IMG/VR virus record: IMGVR_UViG_3300021425_000044
Span: 1-57,013 of that record
Direction: 5' to 3' (one strand)
DNA length: 57,013 nt
Origin: a virus
Lineage: Duplodnaviria > Caudoviricetes
Shown here: positions 15,550-24,569 of the stretch, one piece after another
Layout of the letters: every line of letters starts with the position of its first letter
Position numbering within the stretch: position 1 is the first letter of the stretch
Position numbers and translations under genes: made by a program
The notes under the pieces: model-generated
Databases searched by the model: none
What the model saw: only the letters and a program-made list of their open reading frames with translations
Told to the model about the DNA's origin: nothing

Positions 15550-15828
15550 ATGACCACCACCACCACCTCCGCAGTCATCGACGGCGGCGCACTCGCAGCC
15601 GAGGCCGACCGCATCAGCCACCACCCGGCGATCGTTGAGATGGCCCACGGGCTCATCGCCACCGGCCAGCACCGGGACATCATGTTCGCAGCGCCCGACG
15701 CCCTGCCGTTTGATTTCATCAACGCAGCCAACCGCGAGGCGAACCGCCGCGGCGTCGGCCAATTGCGGATCGGCGCACCGGCCCGAGCCGTCCGGGCGGC
15801 GCTGTTCGACATCGTGTTCCCCCGCTGA
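15550..15828 (+). CDS. Hypothetical protein
   Basis: AGGAAGG RBS; high-GC3 codon usage. Confidence 0.75.
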   Translation: MTTTTTSAVIDGGALAAEADRISHHPAIVEMAHGLIATGQHRDIMFAAPDALPFDFINAANREANRRGVGQLRIGAPARAVRAALFDIVFPR

Positions 15829-15874
15829 CCGACCGACCACCATGTTCATCCGCCAACAACAAGGAGACACCACC

Positions 15875-16207
15875 ATGACCACACCCCACGCACAGGAGGC
15901 CGCCGCTTACCGAGCAGAGCTGCAGGCCCGCCAGACGATTGCGGCGGGATTCCCCCGATCCCCCCACAAGCCGTCGTGCCCGAGCGACGTGAGCACCATC
16001 AGACGCATACGTCCAGGTCTCTACGAGACGGTCGACCACGCCAGCCCCCGGCACGCCTGCACGATCGAGGAGATTCGCCCAGGGCACGAGTGCCATGAGC
16101 ACCTGGGCACTGGCTGGATGCTCTATGACGCCCTCAGCAGGCCGGTGTGTATGTTCGACACGCTGCGCGAGGCCGCCACTTACCACGCAGATTCCACCAC
16201 CACCTGA
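15875..16207 (+). CDS. Hypothetical protein
   Basis: AAGGAG RBS before ATG 15875 (MTTPHAQ). Confidence 0.75.
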   Translation: MTTPHAQEAAAYRAELQARQTIAAGFPRSPHKPSCPSDVSTIRRIRPGLYETVDHASPRHACTIEEIRPGHECHEHLGTGWMLYDALSRPVCMFDTLREAATYHADSTTT

Positions 16208-16244
16208 TACCCACCTGATACCCACTGTCATACCCACCTGATAG
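16200..16244 (+). repeat. 11-bp tandem repeat CCACCTGATAC
   Basis: Copies at 16200, 16211, 16234 and a degenerate copy at 16222. Confidence 0.8.
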
Positions 16245-16291
16245 GGTGACACTTTCAATCCACCACCAACGTCTCGAAAGGACACAACAGC

Positions 16292-17545
16292 ATGGCTTCA
16301 TCCGCAGACCTCACGAAGGGCGACGACGTATTCGTCAACGCCGGACCATTCAAGGGCATGACCGGCACGGTTATCGACCCTAAGGCCGTCCCTGACGGTC
16401 TCCCCAACCAGCGAAAGGTTCTGGTCTCGATCGAAGGCGAAGAGACCTACATCCTCCCCCGCCTCCTCGACCTGGGGGCGGGCGTCGCACCGGCACCGGC
16501 AGCGCTGACCGTGGCCGATATCACCGACGCCACCCCCGGTGCCACGCTCACCGTGGCCGAGCCGATCACGGACCCGATGGACCCGGCCCTCGACCGGTTC
16601 CGGCCAGACCCGAAGGTCGTCCAGGGCTACATCAATCGCACCGTGCCTGGGGGCATGACTGACGTGGACTTCCTGCTGGCTCTGCGGGAGGATCGTGACA
16701 CCAACGGGTACTCCCCGAACATCGCCATGGTGGGCGATACCCAGTCCGGCAAGACCATGCTGGTTCAGGTGTTGGCAGTCCTCGCCGCCGAGCGTGACGG
16801 TCTCCCTAAGCCGTACCCGATCTTCACGATTCAGGGCAGCATCGGCGTCACGAATATGGACATGTTCGGCATGACCACGGCGGTTGTGGTCGACGGTCGA
16901 GAAACACTGGTCTGGATGGAGGGTCTCGTACCCCTGGCTGCACGGTGCGGGGGCATCCTCTACCTGGACGAGATCAACGCCGTGCCCCCGGCGCAGGCCG
17001 TGGCCCTGCACCCCCTGATGGACGGTCGTCGTCAGTTCGTCAACACTCAGAAGGCAGTACCGGACGGTCACGGTGGCTACGCCCCCGAGGTGGTCACCGC
17101 CCACCAGAATCTCTGGACCATCACGACGATCAACCCAGAGTACAAGGGCACCCAGAACCTGGGCGATGCCTTCAAGGCTCGGTCCCGCTGGATTCCCTGG
17201 GATTACGACGACGCCACCGAGCGTCGCCTCATCAAGTCCGCAACGGTGCGGACGCTGGGCAGCCTGCTCCGGTCAGCCCGTAGCCGCAATGCCATCACGA
17301 CGGCGGTCGGCACCAGTGCCCTCCAGCGGTTCAACATGGACGTGGCGACCTACGGCACTGAGACGGCAATATGGTCGTTCCTGGCGATGTTCCCGCTGCG
17401 GGAACGCCCAAGTGTCGAGACCATCATCGAGGATGGAGGAATCACGGCCATGCTTGAGGCTGAGTATCCGATACCGACCAGCGGACTCGTTAAGAGGGAA
17501 GACCCCGCAGAAGCGGTGGGCACGTCAGCCGTCGACCCCTTCTGA
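16292..17545 (+). CDS. MoxR/CbbQ-type AAA+ ATPase with N-terminal KOW-like domain
   Basis: GDDVFVNAGPFKGMTG (KOW); Walker A GDTQSGKT; Walker B LYLDEIN; TINPEYKGT. Confidence 0.9.
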   Translation: MASSADLTKGDDVFVNAGPFKGMTGTVIDPKAVPDGLPNQRKVLVSIEGEETYILPRLLDLGAGVAPAPAALTVADITDATPGATLTVAEPITDPMDPALDRFRPDPKVVQGYINRTVPGGMTDVDFLLALREDRDTNGYSPNIAMVGDTQSGKTMLVQVLAVLAAERDGLPKPYPIFTIQGSIGVTNMDMFGMTTAVVVDGRETLVWMEGLVPLAARCGGILYLDEINAVPPAQAVALHPLMDGRRQFVNTQKAVPDGHGGYAPEVVTAHQNLWTITTINPEYKGTQNLGDAFKARSRWIPWDYDDATERRLIKSATVRTLGSLLRSARSRNAITTAVGTSALQRFNMDVATYGTETAIWSFLAMFPLRERPSVETIIEDGGITAMLEAEYPIPTSGLVKREDPAEAVGTSAVDPF

Positions 17546-17556
17546 TTCACTGACGA

Positions 17557-17589
17557 CAGGTGTGGGGGGCGCACTGCCCCCCGCACCTG
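17557..17589 (+). terminator. GC-rich hairpin
   Basis: CAGGTGTGGGGGGC/GCCCCCCGCACCTG. Confidence 0.55.
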
Positions 17590-17616
17590 ATACCCTACTG
17601 ATACCCTACTGATACC
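17587..17616 (+). repeat. 11-bp tandem repeat CTGATACCCTA
   Basis: Copies at 17587, 17598, partial at 17609. Confidence 0.8.
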
Positions 17617-17646
17617 AACACCCCTACCGAGGAGATCACCACCACC

Positions 17647-19677
17647 ATGAGCAAGAGCAAAGCAAAGCCAAGAGGACTCGCCCCAGCCCCGCAGAAGGGG
17701 ATCTCTAAAGAGATCGCCGCCGACCGGCGTAGGGCGCAGGCCGCTGACCGCCGTCAGCGGGAGAAGAAGAAAGAGATGGAACAAGCCGCCGCACGGCAGC
17801 GACTCAGCCAGCGCCAGGGGTCGAAGCCCAGCGAGGAGCAGCTTCTGCTCTCCCACATTCAGAGTATCGTTGCGCCCGCCCAGACCGCCCTCCTTCGGGC
17901 GTGGGGGTACGACATCACCGTACGTGGTGGCTGCAAGGAATACGGCAATGGTCAGACCGTTGCCTGGACTGACTTCAAGACCGTCTACGTCGGGGCGGGT
18001 CGAGACCTCGTGATGCCACGAGACGGTCAGGACAAGTTCGACCGTATCGTCTCCGCTGTAGCGTCCCTCAAGGGTGTGTATCAGCACGAGTTTGGGCACG
18101 TTCGCTTCACCGTTCCATTCAATATCCTCAGGAAGTCCACCGCCAGCGAGCTTGGTGACAACCCCCTGACCGCTTACCACCAGCAGACCTGGAACCTCCT
18201 GGAAGATCAGCGTATGGAGTCGGCGGTTGTGGCATCGGTGCCTAGCATCGCTGAGTACTTCAAGGTGATGGTATCGGACATCGTACTGGCCGGGGAGATG
18301 AACGACCGTGCTTGGATGTTCATCGCTGGGCGTAAGTACATGAGCGCCGCCCTACGTCAGGCCGCTCGTGACCTATTCGCAGCCCAGCACGGCGACGCCG
18401 CCGCCACCAGGTGGGAGGAGATTGTCGCCGCCTACAAGGCAGCGACGACCAACATCGACCTGGCTGAGACGGTCATCCTCGCCAAGACGTTCCTCGATGA
18501 CCTAGGTGTTGACAGCAACCGGAGCGTGGGCGAGCACCGGGCCGCAGACGACGGTCGTCGTCGCTTCGCTAGTAACGAGGAACCGGCCAAGGGCGCAGAC
18601 CCCGATGCCGGTGCCACCGACCACGACGAAGACGCTGACGGCGTAGACGCTGACGGCGACGACACTGACGGCGACGACACTGACAGTGCAGCCGGTGCCG
18701 GTGCCACCGTCGACGGCGACGACGGCGAAGGCGACGACACTGACGCTATCGCCCAGGGCGGTGGCGAGAACATCACCGACGACGAGGCTCAAACTACTGA
18801 TACCGATAACCCTTCCAATGGTGTCGGTAGCGGTGACAGTCTCAAGTCGCTCGCAGAGCAGGAGCGCCGTGAGGCTCAAGAGGAAGTAGCAGAGCACCAC
18901 GACGTGCAGGCGATGGCGTACAGCGTCAACGAAGCATCAAGCACTGGTCAGGGTTCGGATTACCCGGTATACACCGGGCTCAAGCGGGATTTCGACGCCG
19001 ACGTAGTTTCCTCCTGCGAACAGAATGCCACGGCAATAGTTGAAGGGTTCAACAGTTTCATGGCTGCACGCTCGCCCCATATGATGGGCGGTCAAGAGAC
19101 CGGTTACCTCGACCCCTTGGCATACCGTACTCGTGAGGTCGGCAGCCGTAGCTACCGTCGAGATATGGACGGTGAGGTAAACCAGACCCTCGACATGCAC
19201 CTTTCGGTGCTGGTCGATAATAGCGGGTCAATGATCGGCGCTCCGATGGACGAGGCAAGCCAAGCTATCTACACGCTGCATACAGCGGCCAATGAGATCG
19301 GGCTGCCCACCAACTTCCTCCTCTGGTCAAGCCACAGGCAGGTATACCAGGTTGCTACCGGAGACCCCGAGCCAGTCCACTACGAGACCGGGGGCGGTAC
19401 CCACCCTGATGAAGCCGTTAAGGACAGTATGAACCACTGCGAGGATTCGGTCAGCAATCACCTCGTGGTCATCGTCACGGACGGTTCATGGGGCGACGAG
19501 TCAAGGTATTCGATCCTGAGTACCGAGCGCCGGGACAACACGAAGTACCTCTTGATATGTATCGGAAACTCGACCCCTCCCGATGGTCACTCCTACGCTG
19601 ACGCTACGGTGACTATCAGCAGCGCCTCGCAGATGGGTCCGGTCATCGAGTCTGCGTTGCACGCCTTGGTTGGCTAA
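17647..19677 (+). CDS. CobT-like protein: HExxH metallopeptidase-like domain, acidic linker, C-terminal vWA
   Basis: HEFGH...NLLEDQRME; Asp-rich linker; MIDAS DNSGSM, GGT, VTDG. Confidence 0.88.
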   Translation: MSKSKAKPRGLAPAPQKGISKEIAADRRRAQAADRRQREKKKEMEQAAARQRLSQRQGSKPSEEQLLLSHIQSIVAPAQTALLRAWGYDITVRGGCKEYGNGQTVAWTDFKTVYVGAGRDLVMPRDGQDKFDRIVSAVASLKGVYQHEFGHVRFTVPFNILRKSTASELGDNPLTAYHQQTWNLLEDQRMESAVVASVPSIAEYFKVMVSDIVLAGEMNDRAWMFIAGRKYMSAALRQAARDLFAAQHGDAAATRWEEIVAAYKAATTNIDLAETVILAKTFLDDLGVDSNRSVGEHRAADDGRRRFASNEEPAKGADPDAGATDHDEDADGVDADGDDTDGDDTDSAAGAGATVDGDDGEGDDTDAIAQGGGENITDDEAQTTDTDNPSNGVGSGDSLKSLAEQERREAQEEVAEHHDVQAMAYSVNEASSTGQGSDYPVYTGLKRDFDADVVSSCEQNATAIVEGFNSFMAARSPHMMGGQETGYLDPLAYRTREVGSRSYRRDMDGEVNQTLDMHLSVLVDNSGSMIGAPMDEASQAIYTLHTAANEIGLPTNFLLWSSHRQVYQVATGDPEPVHYETGGGTHPDEAVKDSMNHCEDSVSNHLVVIVTDGSWGDESRYSILSTERRDNTKYLLICIGNSTPPDGHSYADATVTISSASQMGPVIESALHALVG

Positions 19678-19716
19678 GGCAGTTGGTCGGGGAGCGTTTG
19701 TGGTGGGCGCTCCCCG

Positions 19717-19763
19717 GCACAACGTCATGGCATTACCTGCCAGGTAATGCCATGACGTTGTGC
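19717..19763. repeat. Perfect 47-bp palindrome (23-bp arms, 1-nt centre)
   Basis: GCACAACGTCATGGCATTACCTG-C-CAGGTAATGCCATGACGTTGTGC. Confidence 0.95.
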
Positions 19764-19818
19764 TTCTGATATCCCCCTGATACCCTTCTTGTTCCACCTA
19801 ATACCTTAAGGAGTAGCT

Positions 19819-20487
19819 ATGACCACCAAGCAAGACGCCTTCATCACCAAGCTCGTGAGCGAGCGACTCACAGCACTGGGCATGGCTGATCTCAGTGAAG
19901 CCATGGCGACGATACCCCTCGTCGCTATGTCATCCAAGGACAAGTCGGCACTGATCGACAAGCTCCTCAAGTGTCAGATCGACGGCGACGAGTCAGGTTG
20001 GTGCCCCAACCGTGCCAGTGACAAGCAGATCAGCTTCATCCAGAAGCTGATCGGGTCGTGTGATCGTACCGACGAACGCACCAACGCAACGTGCGAGACT
20101 TTCGAGATGTTGATCGATACCAAGCAGATGAACAAGGCTGCTGCTTCGGGGGCGATTGATACCCTCAAAGGTTTGCCCAAAGCTATGACGGCGACTGTCG
20201 AGCAGTCCGGTGGTCCTAGCAGCGAAGGCTTCTTCGCCAGGGGCGACGACATATGGAAGGTCAAGGCAACCAGGGTCGGCAAACTCTGGGCGCACCGTAA
20301 AGTTGAGTCGGGCTGGGAGTTTGACCGTGATGCCTCCTTCTCGCTGACAGACTCCGACAGGATCACAGTCGAGCAGGCAGCGGCGTACGGTCACCGAACC
20401 GGCAACTGCCTGATCTGCTCACGAGAGTTGACCGATCCGTCGAGTGTCGAGCGAGGAATAGGCCCGGTCTGCATCACAAAGATATGA
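19819..20487 (+). CDS. DUF6011-like zinc-finger protein
   Basis: ASDKQISFI repeats; C-terminal CLICSRELTDPSSVERGIGPVC. Confidence 0.8.
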   Translation: MTTKQDAFITKLVSERLTALGMADLSEAMATIPLVAMSSKDKSALIDKLLKCQIDGDESGWCPNRASDKQISFIQKLIGSCDRTDERTNATCETFEMLIDTKQMNKAAASGAIDTLKGLPKAMTATVEQSGGPSSEGFFARGDDIWKVKATRVGKLWAHRKVESGWEFDRDASFSLTDSDRITVEQAAAYGHRTGNCLICSRELTDPSSVERGIGPVCITKI

Positions 20488-20495
20488 CCTGTAGC

Positions 20496-20534
20496 GGGAG
20501 CGGGCTTGACAGCCCGCTCCCCGTGAACTACTAT
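20496..20534 (+). promoter_or_regulatory. Promoter whose -35 lies at the loop of a hairpin
   Basis: TTGACA(20506)-17nt-TACTAT(20529); inverted repeat GGGAGCGGGCT/AGCCCGCTCCC. Confidence 0.7.
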
Positions 20535-20567
20535 GACAATTCCACCACCAAACGATTAGGATCTGAT

Positions 20568-22043
20568 ATGAACTTGAACGATATGCTCTCCGATATCGGT
20601 GTTTCACCGACGACAACCCCCGCCCCGTCGACGCCCGCCGTGCGTCCTGGTGACACGACCATCCCGCTGTACGACTTCCAGCGTGAGGCCGTCGAACACG
20701 CCCTGAGGTCGAACACTGACCAGTACGGATACATCGGCCTGGAGATGGGCCTGGGCAAGACCCCCTGCGGCATCAGCATCGCTGTAGGTTGCAAGGACGC
20801 AGGCATCACGCCCACGCTCATCATCGTCCCCCCGAGCCTCCGTATCAACTGGGTACGTGAGATCAAGAAGTTCGCCCCCGGCCTCAAGGGTTACGTCTTG
20901 AAGGGGACCAAGCCTCACGACGTTCCGGCTGACGCCGACGTGCTCGTGATGGGCGACAGCAGTGTCATGGCTTGGCACGAGTCACTCATCGGTCAGGTGG
21001 GGGCGCTCGTGGTCGATGAGGCTCACCGGTTCAAGAACCGTGAGTCCAAGCGCTCTAAGGCTCTCGATACCCTATCCAAAAGCATTACAGGGCCACGAGT
21101 GCTCATGTCCGGTACGCCGATGCCCAACGGTCGCCACGCCGAGCTTGCCAAGCAGATCGACGTGCTTGGCAACGGCGCATGGTCTGATATCGGTGGTATC
21201 GGAAACTTCTGGCAGAACTATGCTCCCCAGACAGACTCGTGGGGCGGTCGTGGCAACAACGACAGCGAGGGTCTGCACAAGCGTATGACCAACTCGTGGT
21301 TCTTCCGCAGGCTTCGTGACGACGTTATCGAGATGCCCAACAAGGGCCGCACGTCTCTCGCCCTGGAAGGTAAAGGTAAGGCCGTCTCAAAGTACAAGCG
21401 TATGCACGAAGACATCATCTCGTTCCTCGCTGACAACAACGACGGCAAGGTGACCGCTGGGCAGAAGCGTGCAGAGGCTCTCATTCGGCTCACGTCGCTC
21501 CGTAAGGCGGCGGGAGAGGCCAAGGTGGAGTCAGCAGTCACTCACATCAAAGAGCTGTTAGACAGCGAACCAGGCGGAGTGTTCGTTGTTGCCGAGCACG
21601 GTGACGTGATGGACGGGCTTGTCGACGGTCTGTCGAAGTACAATGCCACGACGGTTCGGGGCGGTATGAGCGACACGGCCAAGGCCGAGGCGGTCGATAG
21701 CTTCAACTCCGGTACAAGCCGGGTGCTCGTTGGTCAGATCACAGCGGCTGGCGTCGGCCTCACCCTTCACGGCGACGGTCGTAACCACCGGGTCGTCGTC
21801 GTGCAGCTTCCTTGGACTCCTGCGGACCTCAAGCAGGCCGAGGACCGTCTGCACCGTATCGGCCAGACCAAGGACGTGCATGTCGAGATTGCCTTGTGCG
21901 CCATCGACAACATCTGGACCATCGATGAGCGGCTGTGGGGAATCCTGGAGGCTAAGAACTTCAACACCACCTCAGCTATCGACGGCGACGGTGAGTACCT
22001 GTTGTCAAACGCTCAGGACTCCCTACTCGACACCTACCGATGA
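20568..22043 (+). CDS. SNF2-family (HARP-like) helicase
   Basis: LYDFQ, MGLGKT, DEAH, SGTP, GVGLTL, QAEDRLHRIGQ; start placed downstream of the promoter. Confidence 0.92.
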   Translation: MNLNDMLSDIGVSPTTTPAPSTPAVRPGDTTIPLYDFQREAVEHALRSNTDQYGYIGLEMGLGKTPCGISIAVGCKDAGITPTLIIVPPSLRINWVREIKKFAPGLKGYVLKGTKPHDVPADADVLVMGDSSVMAWHESLIGQVGALVVDEAHRFKNRESKRSKALDTLSKSITGPRVLMSGTPMPNGRHAELAKQIDVLGNGAWSDIGGIGNFWQNYAPQTDSWGGRGNNDSEGLHKRMTNSWFFRRLRDDVIEMPNKGRTSLALEGKGKAVSKYKRMHEDIISFLADNNDGKVTAGQKRAEALIRLTSLRKAAGEAKVESAVTHIKELLDSEPGGVFVVAEHGDVMDGLVDGLSKYNATTVRGGMSDTAKAEAVDSFNSGTSRVLVGQITAAGVGLTLHGDGRNHRVVVVQLPWTPADLKQAEDRLHRIGQTKDVHVEIALCAIDNIWTIDERLWGILEAKNFNTTSAIDGDGEYLLSNAQDSLLDTYR

Positions 22044-22130
22044 TTACTCGTAAGGGTTGCGGCACCCGTAGCCCTTTGGTAAGGTGTAACCACACAACAA
22101 CAACAACAACAACCGACCTAGGAGGTCACG

Positions 22131-22256
22131 ATGTCAGAAGAAATACGAACCAACTCCAGGGGTGAAGTTATCATCCCATTCAATCGCCCTGGCGCTCCAG
22201 AGATCGATCTTGCAGAGCTTATGGAGGCTTTGCGAGACCATAAGAACCGTGGCTAA
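22131..22256 (+). CDS. Small hypothetical protein (41 aa)
   Basis: AGGAGG RBS after (CAA)n leader; TTGCGG-17-TAAGGT promoter; MSEEIRTNSRGEVIIPF... Confidence 0.7.
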   Translation: MSEEIRTNSRGEVIIPFNRPGAPEIDLAELMEALRDHKNRG

Positions 22257-22422
22257 GTACACGGTTCGACAGGCTTGGAGCACGTCCGACCGTCAGAGGT
22301 TCTCTGATGGTGACGTGCTCCGAGCCTCCGCTCGCCCAGGGCGTAGAGACCTCGGTCCCTCTAAAGATGAGTGGGACTATGACGACAACGAAACCGACAA
22401 CGGTAAGGACATTATAAAATGA
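22249..22422 (+). CDS. Hypothetical protein
   Basis: GTG start overlapping upstream stop; MAKYTVRQAWS... Confidence 0.6.
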   Translation: MAKYTVRQAWSTSDRQRFSDGDVLRASARPGRRDLGPSKDEWDYDDNETDNGKDIIK

Positions 22423-22628
22423 TTGGCGACATGGAGCTACAAGAACTACAGGAACTAATCGACCAAGATGCTGAGGATCTCGGAATCTATGATATCGACT
22501 TCGATGATATCGATGATATCGAAGATTACGAGTGGGATATGTCATCGGAAGAACCAGACGTGGAGATGGATCTGGTCGACGGTCTCACCGAGCTTATCGA
22601 CGGCATGTTCGTAGAAAGCCGGTACTGA
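22419..22628 (+). CDS. Highly acidic small protein
   Basis: D/E-rich 69 aa; ATGA coupling. Confidence 0.7.
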   Translation: MIGDMELQELQELIDQDAEDLGIYDIDFDDIDDIEDYEWDMSSEEPDVEMDLVDGLTELIDGMFVESRY

Positions 22629-22629
22629 T

Positions 22630-22797
22630 ATGGGTATGAATTCTGCTGAGAAACAGGAGCAGATGCGTAAGAATCGTCAAAAGCACTTCTACAAGTGCGA
22701 GGCGGGGCATACCATGGGCGCTCCCCGCCCCCAGACACACTGCCGGGTATGCGTACACGGCGTCCCTTGTACCGCCGCCCTTAAGAAGCTGCGATGA
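22630..22797 (+). CDS. Small Cys/His-rich protein
   Basis: Manual: ...YKCEAGH...HCRVCVHGVPC... Confidence 0.6.
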   Translation: MGMNSAEKQEQMRKNRQKHFYKCEAGHTMGAPRPQTHCRVCVHGVPCTAALKKLR

Positions 22798-22955
22798 TCT
22801 ACATATTGTTTGCTATGGGATTCCTATTGGTATGGGTTGTGTCTGCGATCAGATCTCTCTGGTTCGCCGTGATGCACACCTTACAAGGTGAGGGCAGCGA
22901 GTTGTTCACCGACGACGTGGCAGATGATAACGACGAAGAGTCGTGTTGTCGATAA
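22794..22955 (+). CDS. Small membrane protein
   Basis: Manual: MIYILFAMGFLLVWVVSAIRSLWF...; ATGA coupling. Confidence 0.6.
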   Translation: MIYILFAMGFLLVWVVSAIRSLWFAVMHTLQGEGSELFTDDVADDNDEESCCR

Positions 22956-23006
22956 CCTAAATACCCTATACACTGACTACCAACCCAGAAAGGCAGGTGA
23001 GTTATT

Positions 23007-23459
23007 ATGCAAACGTTTATTCCCGAAGGGCAAGACATTGCAGCCGGATTCAGTTCTCTTGATTACCGGAGGCTCGGCAAGCAACGTGTAGAGACCTGGC
23101 AGATCCTCAATGTTCTGCGGGGAGTAGACAACGAAGGCAATCCCAAAGACCACAAGGGCTGGGTCAATCACCCGGCCACCAAGATGTGGCGGGGTCATCC
23201 CGGTGGCCTCGCCATGTACGGTCTTCTCAACTGCAACGAGTGGACACGTCGTGGTTACAATGACACTATGACCCCCCGCTTCCAAGCAGTGCTCGATACG
23301 TTAGACGTGACGTTCCCTGAGTGGTTCACCAACGACTCTCGTATCGGGCAGATTGCCCTTACACACCAGTCCAACCTCATCCGTAAGGACGAGGATCATT
23401 ACAAGCCCCTGTGGCCGAACGTACCCAACAACCTTGAGTACGACTGGCCCGTTAGTTAA
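23007..23459 (+). CDS. Pyrimidine-dimer DNA glycosylase-like protein (MSMEG_6728 / endonuclease V family)
   Basis: MQTFIP...LDYRRLGKQRVETWQIL...GWVNHPATKMW..., HQSNLIRKD. Confidence 0.85.
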   Translation: MQTFIPEGQDIAAGFSSLDYRRLGKQRVETWQILNVLRGVDNEGNPKDHKGWVNHPATKMWRGHPGGLAMYGLLNCNEWTRRGYNDTMTPRFQAVLDTLDVTFPEWFTNDSRIGQIALTHQSNLIRKDEDHYKPLWPNVPNNLEYDWPVS

Positions 23460-23491
23460 AGCACAAGCTGACCCGATACCGAGGAGACACC

Positions 23492-23650
23492 ATGACCGTG
23501 CTGACATTCCCAATCTGCGCCCCCGAGCGATGCGGGTGCGGAAACGCCGCGACCACCATTACCTTCAATGGGAAGCACCACCTGCCGAGCTGCCAGCCAT
23601 GCGCGCAGTCGCTGAAGATAAAGGGATCGCCACGGCCTTCGCCGTCGTGA
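23492..23650 (+). CDS. Small Cys-rich protein
   Basis: AGGAG RBS; manual: ...RCGCGNAAT...SCQPCA... Confidence 0.6.
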   Translation: MTVLTFPICAPERCGCGNAATTITFNGKHHLPSCQPCAQSLKIKGSPRPSPS

Positions 23651-23663
23651 TGACTGGTACTGA

Positions 23664-23815
23664 CCCAGCTTCGGCTGGGCGCTGCGATGAGTCTCTCAGC
23701 CGAGAGCGGGACCGAAAGGACCGACAAAGGCTTCCGTGGTTGGTGGGCCTTGATTGAGGCTGAGAGATTCATCGGAGCGACCGCTCCACCTGACCGATCT
23801 TGAAAGGATCACAAA
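23664..23815 (+). ncRNA. Candidate structured cis-regulatory RNA
   Basis: CCCAGC-TTCG-GCTGGG; 17-bp stem 23685-23701/23758-23774 with G-U; internal GAAA loop. Confidence 0.5.
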
Positions 23816-24064
23816 ATGAACGACGATACTCTCCCCCCGCCGCCCCAGGCAGTTACCCAAGAGGATGTTATGCAGAATCTCCCGATTCTCGAAATCCTCA
23901 TTAATACCATCGATGGCGATAGTCACGCTTACGTCGGTCGGCTGGTGGTCAATACCCAAGAGGGATGGGCGCAAGTTCTAGTCAGCGAAGACGGCCAGCC
24001 CCTCTCCGTTGTAATGTTCGTGCTTGACAAGGTTGTCAAGATCACGTCCCAAGAACTATCCTAA
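23816..24064 (+). CDS. Hypothetical protein
   Basis: AAGGA RBS. Confidence 0.7.
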   Translation: MNDDTLPPPPQAVTQEDVMQNLPILEILINTIDGDSHAYVGRLVVNTQEGWAQVLVSEDGQPLSVVMFVLDKVVKITSQELS

Positions 24065-24098
24065 CTCCCCTCGTAATTAACAGAAAGGCACACACGCT

Positions 24099-24473
24099 AT
24101 GTGGTACGCATTCCTTATCTTTATGGTAGTCGGCTCGCTTGCCGCCGTCGCAATGTTCATCATCGGGGGGATCTCCCTCGTCACAGAAGGTCGGAGCCTC
24201 TCTCTTCGGCCCACACTCAACCAGTACGCTTACTACCTGGCTGATTCGTACAATGCGTACTTTAACGCAGGGCGCATCACTGAGTGGACGCCATACATCG
24301 ATGAGGATATCAACCTGTGGTGGACTGGATGGGTAGCCAGCCAGTCCAAGAAGGACAGGAAGGTAGCCGTCACTTATGCCGGTTATCTCTACGATCACTT
24401 CAACGATGCACAGAGGTGCAACCAGCGTATCAATAAGTACGGTAAGCCCTTTAAGAACGTTTGGGGTAGATAA
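24099..24473 (+). CDS. Hypothetical membrane-anchored protein
   Basis: N-terminal TM; GAAAGG RBS. Confidence 0.7.
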   Translation: MWYAFLIFMVVGSLAAVAMFIIGGISLVTEGRSLSLRPTLNQYAYYLADSYNAYFNAGRITEWTPYIDEDINLWWTGWVASQSKKDRKVAVTYAGYLYDHFNDAQRCNQRINKYGKPFKNVWGR

Positions 24474-24569
24474 GTAACCGTGCCACATATCATCCTGAGC
24501 ATGATGTTAAACTGCTCGCACAAGGGACTGCGGCCCGACCGGGCCGCTCAAACAACCAAGGAGAAAGCA

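Noticed and set aside
23664-23790. Hammerhead ribozyme, SRP RNA or c-di-GMP riboswitch
   Set aside because: Core motifs (CUGAUGA with GAAA, CAGG/AGCA loop, GCAAA/GACGCAAAG) are not properly present
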